Below, piece by piece: positions 1-12,900 of a stretch of 64,000 bases of DNA (within the stretch, counting starts at the first letter, position 1; each line of letters begins with the position of its first letter). Made by a program: the position numbers and the translations under genes. Under the pieces are notes generated by a model, which did no database searches, was not told where the DNA came from, and saw only the letters and a list, made by a program, of their open reading frames with translations. Source of the DNA: Octopus sinensis (lineage: Eukaryota); the NCBI RefSeq assembly GCF_006345805.1, contig NC_043006.1, positions 26,722,001 through 26,786,000 on the forward strand. Reading direction: 5' to 3'.

Positions 1-106
1 CCCTTCAGTGTTAGATGGAGAAGATTAGGCCATATTTAGCCAATACATGGTGATCACTTATAAGCTTTAAGCTTATAATTATTGTTATTATTTAGAGAAT
101 ATATAT

Positions 107-142
<36 letters not shown>

Positions 143-580
143 CAAACATGTGTGTGTGTGTGTAGTTGTCAGTAGATCATATATCCAAAAAAGAAGTATA
201 CTCTAAAAATTAGAGCTGCAATTTATATACAGGAAGTTAGTTGTATGGCTGGTCATAGAGTGACCAATGGTTTCACATCCATAAAATACTTTGCTTTATA
301 GATGACTCATCAAACTCCAATGGCCACAGATATATATATATGTCTGTGCACATCTTTCAATACCATGTATGCAATAAGGTCTGCAAATCTAATGGAGGCC
401 TCATAAGACATTTTAAGATTCACAGAGATCAGAACTTAACTGCAGCTTTTGGTGGTCCAAATCAGATGTGCAATCTATGTGGGTGTCTTTTCAGAACATT
501 GCCTGGTTCAAAAAGCCACATCAGATGCCATGATGGTTCTAAGGTGAAGGTACAGGAGGTGGTCATAAGGAGTAGACAAC
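1..580 (+). mobile_element. Degenerate RTE-type LINE ORF2 3' end (C2H2 zinc-finger tail), broken by microsatellites
   Basis: ORF 340-681 has CxxC..GL..H...H twice (CNKVCKSNGGLIRHFKIH; CNLCGCLFRTLPGSKSHIRCH), like RTE ORF2 C-termini; VRWRRLGHI at the window start resembles RTE RLRWLGHV. Confidence 0.5.
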
Positions 581-699
581 CACCATACATACATGGGTGT
601 GTGTGTGTATTAAGATATATATATATATGTATATATATGTATAGATATAGATATATAGGTTATTTTAAAATTAAAGTTTAGATAGGAGGCTTTGGAATG

Positions 700-1350
700 T
701 AGTATCCAAACCTTCTTTTGCATATGTCCCTAGTTGTGTGCATTGAAAACATGTTCAACACATACAGCTACCAGGCATCATCCATGGTACTGCACTTTAG
801 CCACAGGATCTATGTAAGGAATTCTTCAGTGTACATTTAGTATATTTTAAATGGTAGATAAGGAAGACAGAATTTACTGTAAACTTTATTTAACATGATG
901 ATTGTTTCGGCTTACATGTGTACTGCTCCCATGTGGATGGGGAACGATATAATGAAATTGAATGCATTCCACAGTGCAGAAGAAACCTCATCAGGTTACA
1001 CAATGCATCACAGTATTATAATATGTACATTTTGCTACTGTGTGTGGCAAGATGGTGTTAGTATGATGTGTGTGCTTATAGGAGTTCACAAATTCGTTGA
1101 TCAGGTAGGATGTTTGGTATGTATTCAGGGAGTGACACACACATATATGTGTGTGTGTGTATATAGTCAATCACCTGTTATCCATCACTATGTGATGACC
1201 ACAATCAATGTTTTCCTTAGTGGTGATAATTGCAGGACATCCATATGCTGGGTTATCTTTAAGATTCTCTCTTTCCCTCTTAAATTCAACTGCCCACGCT
1301 TGAAGTTGCTAAAGCTGAAGTGTCATCCTCTAATGTCAGCATGAATGCTC
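700..1350 (+). mobile_element. Degenerate RTE-type LINE ORF2 C-terminal fragment
   Basis: KLNAFH and WQDGVS..CVL match the RTE pattern RKLNAFH.RCLR.IL.I.WQD.V.N.EVL; frameshifted. Confidence 0.5.
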
Positions 1351-1860
1351 TTGGGGGTTAAATGCTTTTCCTGCAGGTATTTGATAACACCACGATGTCA
1401 AATTTTGTTGACTACTGAAGAGAAGTCACTACTAGTTACTTTTGAAGTTTTCTTTGAACAGTCAGATATCAGTTTACCTAGAAAGGAAGAATGCAGTTAT
1501 TAATTAGAGGAGTTGAAATTAATGCATGCAAGGTTTTACAGCTGTATTATCACTCCTTCATAGTCAACCTATGAGCTTTTCAGCCCACCCTCATAAATGA
1601 GATAAGATACTTGAAACATTGATGTCTTTGTCTTCTTAATGTCTTTTTGCAGAATCTAATCGACTTTAGACATTATGCTCACATTCAGATCTTTCGAAGC
1701 CATGTAATTTAGAGAATTAAACAATATCCTGTAACTGATTGATTATTTTACCTGTTTCGGGTAAAAACTTTCAAGAACATTGAATCATTAATTCTATTAT
1801 AAAAGCAAAAGAGATTTTAGTTGCTAAAGACTATTTTATTTGTTTGTATCTATTTCAAAG

Positions 1861-1986
1861 GTGAAATGGATTTGGATTTTCTTCAAACTACTTGGTTTGT
1901 GGTGATGATGATTGCTATTTGTGTGCTTCTTCTAATTCTCATCCTTGTTTGTATCATCAAGTGTGATAGAGGCAGCAAATACTATG
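1861..1986 (+). CDS. L1CAM/neuroglian-family gene, transmembrane exon
   Basis: ttcaaAG acceptor and GTaagt donor, phase 1-1; encodes EMDLDFLQTTWFVVMMIAICVLLLILILVCIIKCDRGSKYY, matching the L1-family pattern WF..M..AI..LLL.L...C.IKR..G.KY. Confidence 0.85.
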
Positions 1987-2426
1987 GTAAGTTTTTCTTT
2001 TTTTCTGTTTTGTAATATCTATGAAATTATTTCTTTACCTATAAACATTGAACATCCCATTTCAGTGACATAAAAACATAGATAGTTCATAACACCACAA
2101 AAGAAGCCAGCATTTATTCATCCCAAGCATTAATGCTATTATTGATATTACACTAAGACCTGGGGATAAGATTATAAGATTATAAAGACAAAATTCAGTA
2201 TCTCTGAGTATTTTATACAATGTAACAGAAACCTGATCCTGGTGGTACTTGAACTTAAGATATAAAGAGATGTAACTAAATACTGCTAAGCATGTTGTTG
2301 AGTGTTCTACTAATTCTGGTATTCATTACTCTGTAATTATTATATCAACATAGATTGTATCAGAATCAGTTGTGCATTGGATAAAATAACTTATAGTATT
2401 TAGTTACAGACTTTTATATTCTGAGT

Positions 2427-3639
2427 TCAGGTACCATCATTTGTTAGGTATGTGATAGATTGTTGGGGAATACTGCTGTAAAGCATTCTTTTCTTGTGAT
2501 GTGGTGCCATTGTATGGAACAAAGTTGTCAGGGTGTATTTAAAACCCTTTCTAACATGGACATATCCAAAGAACATCTGAGGTACATAATGCTTTTTGAA
2601 TACAAAAAAGGAAACAAGAAACTCTGCAGCCGAAGCAACTTGAAACATACACTCTGTTTATGGGAAAGAACGTTTGAATGAAAGAACTTGCAAAAGATGG
2701 GGTGCAAAATTCAGAAGTGGAGATTTCAGCCTTGATGAAAATGAAGATTGAACAGGGTGTCCAGTTGAGTTTGATGATAAGCTCCTTGAAGTATTACTTG
2801 AAAAAAATCCTGCATTATCAGTTGAAGATTTGGCAATAAAGCTTAGTTCAAACCATAGAACTGTTCATTATCATCTTCGACAACTTGAAAAGGTTCCTAA
2901 ACTTGGAAAATGGGTGCTTCATGAATTGTCCGAAAGCTACTGCAAATCACGAGTTGACATCTGCTCTTCTCTCCATTATCACAAACTCATTTCACCCTTT
3001 TTGGATAGACTTGTGAGTGGTAACGAAAAATAGATCTTCTATCAAAATGTTAAACATTGTAAACAGTGGCTTGGTAAAGAGCTCAACCACAACCGAGAAG
3101 GGAACCTCATGGGAAAAAGGTTCTTCTCTCTATCTGGTGGGATTGCAAAGGAGTAATTCACTTTGAATTGTTACCACCTAATGCAACAATCAATGCTCAA
3201 GTCTACTGTCAGTAATTAGAGCATTTGAACCAAGCTTTGAAAAAAAAGACCCGCTTTAGTGAATCGAAAAGGTGTGATGTTTCATCAGGACAATTTGCAA
3301 TCCCACACTGCAAAGATCACATCACAGAAGATTAAAGGGCTTGGTTGGGAAAAAATTCCTCATACACCTTATTCTCCCGACCTTGCTCCTTCAGACTAGC
3401 ATTTGTTTCATAGTTTACAGAATCATAACTTTCACAAGCCAGGAAGAGGTCAAAACTGACATTTCACAGTTCTTTTCTTTGAAACAAAAAGAGTTTTACA
3501 TTGATGGGATTAAAAAGCTTGGAAGGAAGTCATAGATAATCAGGGAAAGTACATTAATGATTAAATTTCAATTAAATATAACATTTGATCACTTGTTTTC
3601 TTTATTCAAAATTTAGATAGAACTTAAGGGATGACCTGA
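2427..3639 (+). mobile_element. Mariner transposon relic (transposase pseudogene about 2556-3564)
   Basis: MDISKEHLRYIMLFEYKKG, KLGKWVLHEL, MFHQDN and PYSPDLAPSD motifs with stops and frameshifts; 3' terminal repeat gaacttaagggatgacctga followed by TA, also seen inverted at 24741. The 5' boundary is uncertain. Confidence 0.9.
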
Positions 3640-3675
3640 TATATATATATGTATGTATATATAATAATAATAATG

Positions 3676-3708
<33 letters not shown>

Positions 3709-3779
3709 GTAGGGAATATAATTCCAAGCTTACAGGAAAATATTAAATTTAGCAATTCTAAATCAAATTTCACAATATA

Positions 3780-4690
3780 TAATATATGTATATAATTTAG
3801 AGAAAAACCTCCATTAAACAATTCAATAATGAAAGATGTTATTCACACCATATAGAAAACATAGACTATAAAACCTAATTATAAAAATCAATTAAGTACA
3901 AAACAATAAATAGTAAATAGTAGTAAAACGACTATGTGCGTTTTGTAGCTATATTTTCAAATAGATAATAATAATAAAATCAATTCGATTTAAAATTAAA
4001 TCGATCTAATATTAATTCTTTTTAAAAATATAGTCACTCATCAGGTCTAAAATAATAATAGTAATAATAAAATAATAATAGAATAAATGTACTTATCTTA
4101 ACTTATACTAATTATCAAATAAATATAGAAAAATATGTGTATTAACTATAAATAATCGAAAAACATTTAACAATATTTCTTAAAATAAAAACATAACTTA
4201 GCTTATCGAAGGATTTCTGTTAACTAAAAAGGGTAGATAATGACTTACATATTCCCATATTCCCTGTCGTTATTGAAACAAATGTGAGTGAGTGAGAAAG
4301 TAAGAGAGGGGTGGACAAGACAACTTGTATCGCTGGCAGATTCCATAGCTGTCCTTCTATGATGTTCTGTCAAGACAGTATTTCTGTGTCAGTTGACCTG
4401 CTCTCTGTCAGTTGCTCTCACTCACTGTTTTTTCTTTACAGAATGCTAGTATTTATAATTGTGCAGACTAGTTAAGAAAATGGATATACCGTTTTAACTA
4501 TAGCTAAATTAGTATAAGTCACACTTTGTTTATCTAAACTTTCTATGGTATAGCAATGTCATGTGTCAAATGGAAAACGCAATAATCAGCATTTCCTTTT
4601 GACAGGACAATAGGTCATATGACTAGGGAGAATTTCTAGATTTGGTTTCGAATTCAAACAGGTAGGGTCAAACGAGGTCCTACACACACA
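3780..4690 (-). mobile_element. AT-rich repeat, probable Penelope-like terminal repeat relic
   Basis: Contains a hammerhead-like core (3930-4047); no recognisable coding frame. Family assignment is inferred. Confidence 0.4.
3930..4047 (-). ncRNA. Degenerate type I hammerhead ribozyme motif with long stem II
   Basis: Minus strand reads gac-CTGATGA-gtgactatatttt...aaaatatagctac-AAAA-cgcac-ata-gtc; stem II pairs at 12 of 13 positions; GAAA core mutated to AAAA. Confidence 0.5.
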
Positions 4691-5198
4691 CACATATGGT
4701 GGTAGTCAACTCATGACTGAGTAAAACCTTTTTTTAAACTTGAAGCAAACACTCCAAGAATCCAACAAGCATGAATTTGTTTTGAATGGTTAAAGCATGC
4801 ACAGCACCAAACTTACTTTCCAGTACAATTGGCTATTTAGTCAGTGGCACAACAGGTTGAGACGACCAGAACCAAACTGCACTTCAGATTTTTTATACAA
4901 GTTTATCTTCTAGAAGGAAGTTCTAAATGGAACTGGAGGTCCCTCACTTCACTCCCACGGGTTCACATATTAGTTTACCCATAGCTGAAACCCTAACAGG
5001 TGCTACTAGTTTGAGTCAGAGTAGACTTGAGAGCAATAGTGGCTTAGAATTGGTTCCACACTCTTCAAATCCTTGAACTTTGTGCACAGTTTTCGTGCAC
5101 TGAATCATCATACTTAGAATTATTGTTGGTTTAAATTAATGAATATTTGAGAATTCTGTAATAACAAACAATGTTCTCTATTTTTCTTATCTTATCAG

Positions 5199-5238
5199 TG
5201 AAAGATGATTGCCTTTCTAATGATGAAGAAGAACAGAA
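5199..5238 (+). CDS. L1CAM/neuroglian-family gene, cytoplasmic exon 1
   Basis: tatcAG / GTaagt, 40 nt, phase 1-2; encodes (V)KDDCLSNDEEEQ(K); VKD follows KY.. as in L1 KYSVKDK. Confidence 0.7.
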
Positions 5239-5467
5239 GTAAGTATGCATTACACACTCACTTTATGTTAATAAATGCATCACATGTATATAATTATACA
5301 CATACACACATACACGTCCATGCATGCTCATACACACACACACACACACACACATACAAACATTAATACTCATAATGGGTATGTATACAAAATCATGTAC
5401 AGATTTAGATAGATGTAGATAACTTTAAGCATGTAAATTTTTACAAACATACGTATATGCCACAGTA

Positions 5468-6356
5468 TTGAAATATGCAGACAACATCAAGCTGTACCTT
5501 GAAATCAAGAGGACAGATCCTGATGTCTACAACTCTTTTCTGCAATCAGACCTAGACACAATGCAGCAATGGATCACAGACTGGCAACTGAAACTGGCTG
5601 TGGACAAGTGTACCACCATGCATTTTGGGAGAAAAAACCCTGCGTCCACATACTCCCTCCACAACACTGATATCAAGAAATCCTCTTGCGAGCGTGACCT
5701 AGGCATCACTGTCAGCAGTGATTTGCATTGGTCAAAGCATATCTCTAAGTTGTCAGGAAGGCCGAGGGTGTCCTGGCATCACTCAGCAAAACTTTTGTTA
5801 GCCGCTCTCCAGCCATCTATTTAAAACTGTATACAGCTATGGTACGACCACACTTGGAATTCGCATCATCAGTTTGGAACCCCTATCTTGCACAGAACAT
5901 TGACCTCCTGGAATCTGTCCAGAGACGTGCAACCAAACGCATACCCTCCATCAGACACCTACCATATTCTGAGCGCCTTGTTTCCCTGGGCATGGATTCA
6001 CTGAAGCTCCGGCGTTTGGCGACGGACTTGGTAAACACCCACAAAGTTATCAACTACCTCACCAACAACAACACTGAACACCTTTTTGATCTCCATGTGT
6101 CTAACACACGTGGACATGCCTACAAAGTCAGAAAACAACACAGCTCCCATGACTTTCGGAAACATTTTTTCACGCTCAGAGTTGCTGAAGCATGGAATAA
6201 ACTGCCTGTGTCAGTTGTTGACTGCCATGACACTGCATCCTTTAAGGCCCTCATGCTTTCCGAAATCCGCCGAAACTACACCTGATTATATATACACTTT
6301 AGATGAGTTGTAGTGCACCTGAGCACTGTACACAATTATTATTATTATTATTATTA
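5468..6356 (+). mobile_element. 5'-truncated CR1-clade LINE (RT C-terminus, 3' UTR, (ATT)n tail)
   Basis: YADNIKL, ERDLGITV, VRPHLEFASSVWNPY, LESVQRRATK, TRGH, FFTLRVAEAWNKLP motifs; one frameshift region. Confidence 0.9.
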
Positions 6357-6427
6357 TATACAAACATATTCTCATGTACATGTACATACACACGTGCATG
6401 CACACATATATATACACACACACTCTT

Positions 6428-6712
6428 CTCTTGTATCTCTTCTGTCATTATCTATTACCTCAAATGCACTCTTTGACTCATTATGTGTTGGTTAGTCTGG
6501 CTATTATCTAGTTGACAGATTTACTGAACATCTATTAGATATCTGCCTCCATAAAAGTACTCTCACCACTAGTCATTTTTGCTCTACCAACCATACCACT
6601 GAACACTTCACTGTCTGGCCTGGCTTCATGGAACCCCTACCATTAGGCTTCACCAAGAACAGCATTACATCTTCACACTTCAAACTCATACACTGTTTGA
6701 AATTAACACCCC
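6428..6712 (+). mobile_element. Penelope-like element GIY-YIG endonuclease C-terminal relic
   Basis: Translates with stops and frameshifts to SCISSVIIYYLKCTL..LCVG*SGYYLVDRFTEHL..SHF..H..EQHYIFTLQTH..EIN, matching the PLE pattern C.S.NVIY.I.C..C..YIG.T.R.L.DRF.EH..HF..EQ..IF.L.T..GLN. Confidence 0.7.
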
Positions 6713-7308
6713 ACCTCTTCCTGTCACAGCTTCCACCCTCATTTCCTTTTTCATTCTTTTATTTTATCTTTTACTTTTTTTATTTTTCAAATTTTTAATT
6801 TAATTTGTTTTGCTGATAAATTTTTTAAAATTAATTTTATTTAACTTTTAAAAATTTATTTTAAGTTTTTAAATTAAAATTTTTTAAAATTTTGATTTAA
6901 TTCTCTTATGTTTTTATTTTTAATTTATCTTCCACACATTCATATACATAACTTACATCTGCTCTGCATACTACATACCTATCTGGCGCATGCAGTTGGT
7001 ATATTAGTTGAAGTATACAGTATTATATATCCATTATGGCCAATCTTACCAATCAGTTTCACACTAGGTGTTCAACAGAATGTTAAGTAACAGTCCGATT
7101 ATGTAATCTTGCACTCTTCAGAAATGGCAGTTATGGAATGAAGCATATCAAAGATTTTAGTTTTGAGAATTAACTTTTGGGTTTATTTTGATTTGACATT
7201 TCTATAATAAATTCTGGTTTCTATAATCTAATGTTAATCATATTCAATAATGTGTCGACAAAATGTTTCATTTTTACTATATTTAAAAAATTTTTTTTTC
7301 ATATACAG

Positions 7309-7414
7309 AACTGAAGTCGATGGTACTGAGGCAAGTGAAAAGGACAGTTTAGATGAATACAAATCAACATCTACTGGCCAATTCAATGAAGAAGGATCGA
7401 TAATTAAGGATTGA
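7309..7414 (+). CDS. L1CAM/neuroglian-family gene, terminal coding exon
   Basis: Pyrimidine tract plus tacAG, phase 2; encodes (K)TEVDGTEASEKDSLDEYKSTSTGQFNEEGSIIKD-TGA, matching the L1 pattern DSL.DY....QFNEDGSFIGQY. Confidence 0.85.
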
Positions 7415-9969
7415 TATATTGTTACATACAATCCTGACATGTTCAAGAAGCAAGCCTCGGTGGCATATAATCAACTGCTGTTTAAAATGTATTTGATACT
7501 ACAAATGTATTAAATTGATTTTTTTCAAATTTAGAAATTATTCTTTAAAGTGTTTAATTACAAGTTTAATTTAAATGGTAATAGAGTGTTCTGCTTCATT
7601 AGACACTTATTATTTTAATGTATATTTTATTCAGCTTTTAATAGTAAATAATTAATGTTCTTGGCAGATAAAATAAGACAAATATAATTTGGATATGAGA
7701 AGGACTTTATTTTCTGTACATCATCACCTATCTCTAATCATTGAAATTAAGTTGACACTGATTCTGGTAAATATCTGGTAACAAAAACCAAATTTACTAA
7801 TAGTAGCTGTATCACTGCCTTTTTAATGCTAATCTGCCTGCATCAAAATGCTCATTTTTAAAATAAAATCTTAATCAAAATCTTTGAATGATATTTTCAT
7901 TGGTCAACACCAGCACAATATTCTAATAATAACCCAACAACAGTTCTTTAATGTAGTTTCTTGATCTGTTAGAAATATCTCTTTGAAATCTCACATGCCA
8001 TTTTGGCAAAAGAATGAGTACACTGAATGACAGAATGGTTATGACTGGAATGCCTTTCATTATAGTGAAAATGAACTGAAACACATAAGCAGCCTACTTA
8101 TTAGAAATAGATATGAAATAGTTATTGATAAGTGTGTGCAAATACTTCAATATTTTATCAACAAAAAAAATCCATTATGAAATATACAAGCTTCTTTGCT
8201 TTAGTTTTTTACTTTTTCAATAAAATGGAACATAACAAAACCTATAGGGATTAGATATGGTAAAATTATATAATTTAATGAGTGGAAGAGAGTTCCAATG
8301 AATGTAATTGTATAAATGAAGATTTGAACAAAATGTTTTGAAAAGAGTGTAGGAAATTAGATCAAATATGCAATAAAAGGAAGAATCATGACTGTAAAAC
8401 TGTAAAATATAATTTAATGTAAAACTGTAAAATATAACTACAGTCAGAGGTACATGATCAATAGAAATAATTGCAAGAAAAACACAGCATAATAGCAGAT
8501 CAGAGGTTATAGGTAGTTTTGGTGATGAGTTATTAAATAATATTTTCTTCCTACATCCTTCTCAAGTTTTCTGTCATATCTAATTTAATATTAAAGAAAA
8601 CAAGTATTTCTATGCTTTTCTTAATTTATTTTTATATTTTTGATAATATTGTTTGTATAGAGCTTTTATTTTTTGTAAAATCTGAAGACAATGAAAAAGA
8701 TTTTAAGGTATTATTTTAGACTTTCTTTCTTAGAGAAATAATACAAAACTCTAAAAGCAATTCTTAGTGAATCTCAGAGAAAAGAAGAGATAGTTTCAAG
8801 AAATTAAGAATTGATTTTACAAAATTGATTGACATTCTGATGGAAATAACTGATCTTTGTTTGGAGGTAAAGGAACAACTACAGACTACCTTATCACAAA
8901 AACTTTAGTCTATCAAACTTAGTTTGGTCAGTTAAATACAAGTTATATTTACATAATAAAAAATGGATTGTAAAAATTTGGGTCAAGTAATATTTTGCAT
9001 AATTAAACTATAAAAATAACTATAATTAATAACAAAAGTGAGCCAATGGCATTAATTTAAATAAATAAATGATGTGGTTATGTACTGACTGATCTTCTTT
9101 AAAAAATTCTCATTTTATGGAAATTTTTCCATTAGTCGCAGAAAGAAAAACTCTTGGTAGTAGCTCTTAGTGAATCTCAAAGAAACTACTGTAGTGAATC
9201 TTAAAGAAAGTAAATATTAATTTCTTAAAATTAAATCTTTTTCTATAAGTACAATTATTGTCAACTGATTCATGTATATTTGTTGTTGCCTGTTATGTTC
9301 TTGTTCCATTTTTTGTTTTCGTTTTTTCTATATACATATAGCGGAGTATGTACGCTTGTGGTCTCCGGTATGTAAGTACATATATATATATATAAGTACA
9401 TATATATATCTAAATTCTGTACAATTCTTTTACTCTTTCTTTCAGCCCCTTCACACTTTCTTCATTCTTTCCACTTTTCTTTTTCTCACTCTCCCTCTCA
9501 CACATTTCTTTGCCTACCCTTCATTCTCACTTTCCCTCCTCTTTTACCTCTCTCTGTCCCTTTCTTTTTCTATCTTTCTCGTCCCTCCCTAATTCTTCAA
9601 TCCCTCTGCCCCCTACCTCTCTCCTCTCTTTCCAGGTGACCAGTGTTCTGCCAAGCCTGACCTTTCTTTCTTGGTTCAACTACCATCCGTGCAGCATCTC
9701 TTATATTCCTTCCCATGACTTTCATCTCTTATGTTCCTGCCATAAGGCTTCACTTCCACACATGCCAGTTTAATTTAATTCGTCCTTAGTCGAAAGACAC
9801 CTATTGTTAATGTCCTGTTGTTTGTATTTGTAATTGTGTACCATTTCTCTGTTTTTTCGTCCTTGTTTTCGTATACATTCGTTTGCTTTCTTTCAAGGAG
9901 TCTAGTGCTCTTAGCTTAGATTTTCTTGGAAATACGTTTTTGCTAGACCACATAGCGAATTCAATAAAG

Positions 9970-12900
9970 GAATTGAAATATCACCTGGAAGAAGTCACCT
10001 TCAAGGCATATTACCGAAGATTTGAACAAATTTTTGAAAAATAATGTTAAGACTGGACTGACAAAATGAAAACGCATCTAATTTTGAGGAAACTGACAAC
10101 AGAGCATGAAAAATACAGTAACTTTATAATGCATAAAAAATCTTCTGACATAAATTTTACGGACACAATTGAGAGTTTATATAATATGTTCAGTGAATAA
10201 ACCTCATTCAACACACGGAAGTGTTTGAACATTTGAGAAAAGTGACGACGTAAACTTTACTACGTATGCAGGTAGAGTGAACAGGGAATACAAAAGGTTT
10301 AAGCTGGATCAACTAAATCCAGATTCCTTCAAATTCCTGATTTTTGCACAGGGACTTACTGCTAAAAAGGACGCAGATGTCAGAACAAAAATTCTTGCAA
10401 AGCTGAAAATGAACCAGGATATAATCCTGGTTATAAATCGCACTGCAGAAGATGACGAAAATTTGGAACAAATGAGAAAAAATAAATAGTTTGTCATTAG
10501 AAAAAAAGAGTTAGTACAACGAACAGAAAATTCATCAGTGAAAATCGAAACCAAAATTGTCAAAATGCAATTAGACACAAGTAATGATATCACTATCATA
10601 AATGAAAAAAAACATGGAAACAAATCGGTAAAACGAAATTATTTAGATCAAATAAAGAAGAATATGGTATTATTGGAAGGAAATTATATTTTATTGGTTA
10701 ATGTGTTTGCGATGTAGCTTTTTGAGATAAAACAAAAAGGGCAAATATTTATGAGTTGAAAAAATCACTAAACTTATTTGGCACAGAATGTATAGAGTTA
10801 TTTAAAATGTGAGATACCCCCATAAGTGTTCATCATCATCATCATTGTCGTCGTTTAACGTCCACTTTCCAAGCTAGCATGGGTTGGACGGTTTGACTGA
10901 GAGCTGGCAAGCCAGAAGACTGCACCAGGCTCCGAAGCGATCTGGCAAAGTTTTTTCAGTTGGATGCCCTTCCTAATGCCAACCACTCCAAGAGTGTAGT
11001 GGGTGCTTTTTATGTGCCACTGGCATGGGAGCCAGTCGGGCAGCACTGGCAATGATCACACTCGAATTGTGCCTTTCATGTGCCACCGGTACAGGACCAG
11101 TCAGGTGACTCTGGCACAGACCATACTTGAATGGTGCTTTTTACGTGTCGCTGGCACAAGTGCCTATCAGGTGGTACTGTTATCGGCCATGACAATGATT
11201 TAGCTTGCCTCAACAGGTCTTTGCAAGTGCAGTTTATTGCCCAATGATTGAAGGGTACTCTTAAATGGGCTGGTTATGCTGCACTGGCATAGGCCACAGT
11301 TATGGTCTCACTTGGCTTGCTGGATCTTCTCAAGCACAGCGTATCTCCAATGGTCTCAGTCACTTATCATTGCCTCTGTGAGGCCCAACGTTCAAAGGTC
11401 GTGCTTCACCACCTCATCCCATGTCTTCCTGTGTCTACCTCTTCCACAGGTTCCCTCTACTGCTAGGGTGTGACACTTTTTCACATAGCTGTCTTTATCC
11501 ATATGCAACATACAACCATACCAGTGCAGTCGTCTCTCTTGTATACCACATCTGATGCTTCTTACATCCAACTTTTCTCTCAGGGAACTTACACTCTGTA
11601 GTGTATGACATTACACATCCAGTGGAGCATACCAGCTTCATTCCTTCAAGCTTACGCATGTCCTCAGCATTCACAGCCCATGTTTCACTGCCATGTTGCA
11701 TGGCTGTTCGCACACATGTGTCATACAGTCTATCCTTTACTTTGAGTGAGAGGCTCTTTGTCACCAGTAGAGGTAAGAGCTCTCTGAACTTTGCCCAGGC
11801 TATTCTTATTCTAGCAGCTACACTCTGAGAGCATCCACCCTCACTACCAACTGGTCACCTAGGTAACAGAAGCTATCAACTACTTGATAGCTTGTAGTTT
11901 TTTCCCCTGGAATGTGGCGGACTCTGTGGAAATGTAGTTGGGATGGTCAGAGGCTCAAATGCAGTCGAAGAACTGAGACAAAAAATAAAAAATTATTTCG
12001 AAATGTTTTTTTTGGAAGTATTAGGCTATTGCACTAAAACAAAAGTGAAGATTGCTGTAAAAGAAAATGCAACACCTGCTTTTAGGCCCAGATGGAACAT
12101 GTTGTTTACTGCGATAGAACAGGTCAACAAAGAGCTGGAAAGATTGGCAAGTCTAGCTATAATTGAGAAAATCGACCAGTTTATGTCTCTAACACACTTC
12201 GGTCAATGTTGGAAACAATATTGTCCACAGATGCTAGTATGTACGGGGTAGGAACTGTACTTCTTCACAAATGTGACGATGGTAGTAGAAAGGCCATGGC
12301 TCATGCATCAAGGACACTATTGCTAGCGGGAAAAAATTATAGCCAGATTGAAAAAGAGGTATTGGCAATTATATTTGGCATCAAGAAGTTCCATAAGTTT
12401 ATACATGGGAGACATTTTCGGTTACAGACCATTGCTCGTTGCTGACAATTTATGGATCCAAAAAAGGAATTCCAATACATACAGCAAATAGATTACAACA
12501 ACAGATTACAACATCATACTATTAAACTATGACTATGCAATGAAATATTTACCTTCAAATAAGCTAGGACATGCTGATGGCCTGACCAGGTTAATACCCC
12601 AAAATGGCGAACCATTTGAGAATACAGTAATAGCAGCTCTAAGTGCTGAAGGTGAAATTAAGGACATAATGTGGAACATTGTACAAGAGTTACTGATAAA
12701 CCTGGAGGATATAAAATGGAATGCGTCAAAAGATAAGTTCATAAATGAAACAAAAAAATACTGTGGTCAACAAAAGTAAACAAAAAAGGTTCAGTGTGTC
12801 AAAACACCAAGATGTGAACACATATTCAATATGTAATGGCATACTGATGTGTGCCCAAAGGGTAGTGATACTGGAGACACATTATACATCCAGGGATCTC

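Noticed and set aside
340-681. Host C2H2 zinc-finger gene
   Set aside because: No TGEKP-type linkers or splice sites; runs into a microsatellite; fits an RTE ORF2 tail
3780-4230. Possible NUMT (very AT-rich, mitochondrial-looking)
   Set aside because: No frame gave a recognisable mitochondrial protein by eye; the hammerhead-like fold points to a PLE repeat instead
9272-9773. Hydrophobic ORFs here and at 17863-18228, 38814-39242 and 51067-51441
   Set aside because: Low-complexity or antisense-to-TE frames with non-ATG starts; no homology signal
9720-9810. Another hammerhead relic (agtcGAAAgacac)
   Set aside because: No CUGANGA core or convincing stems
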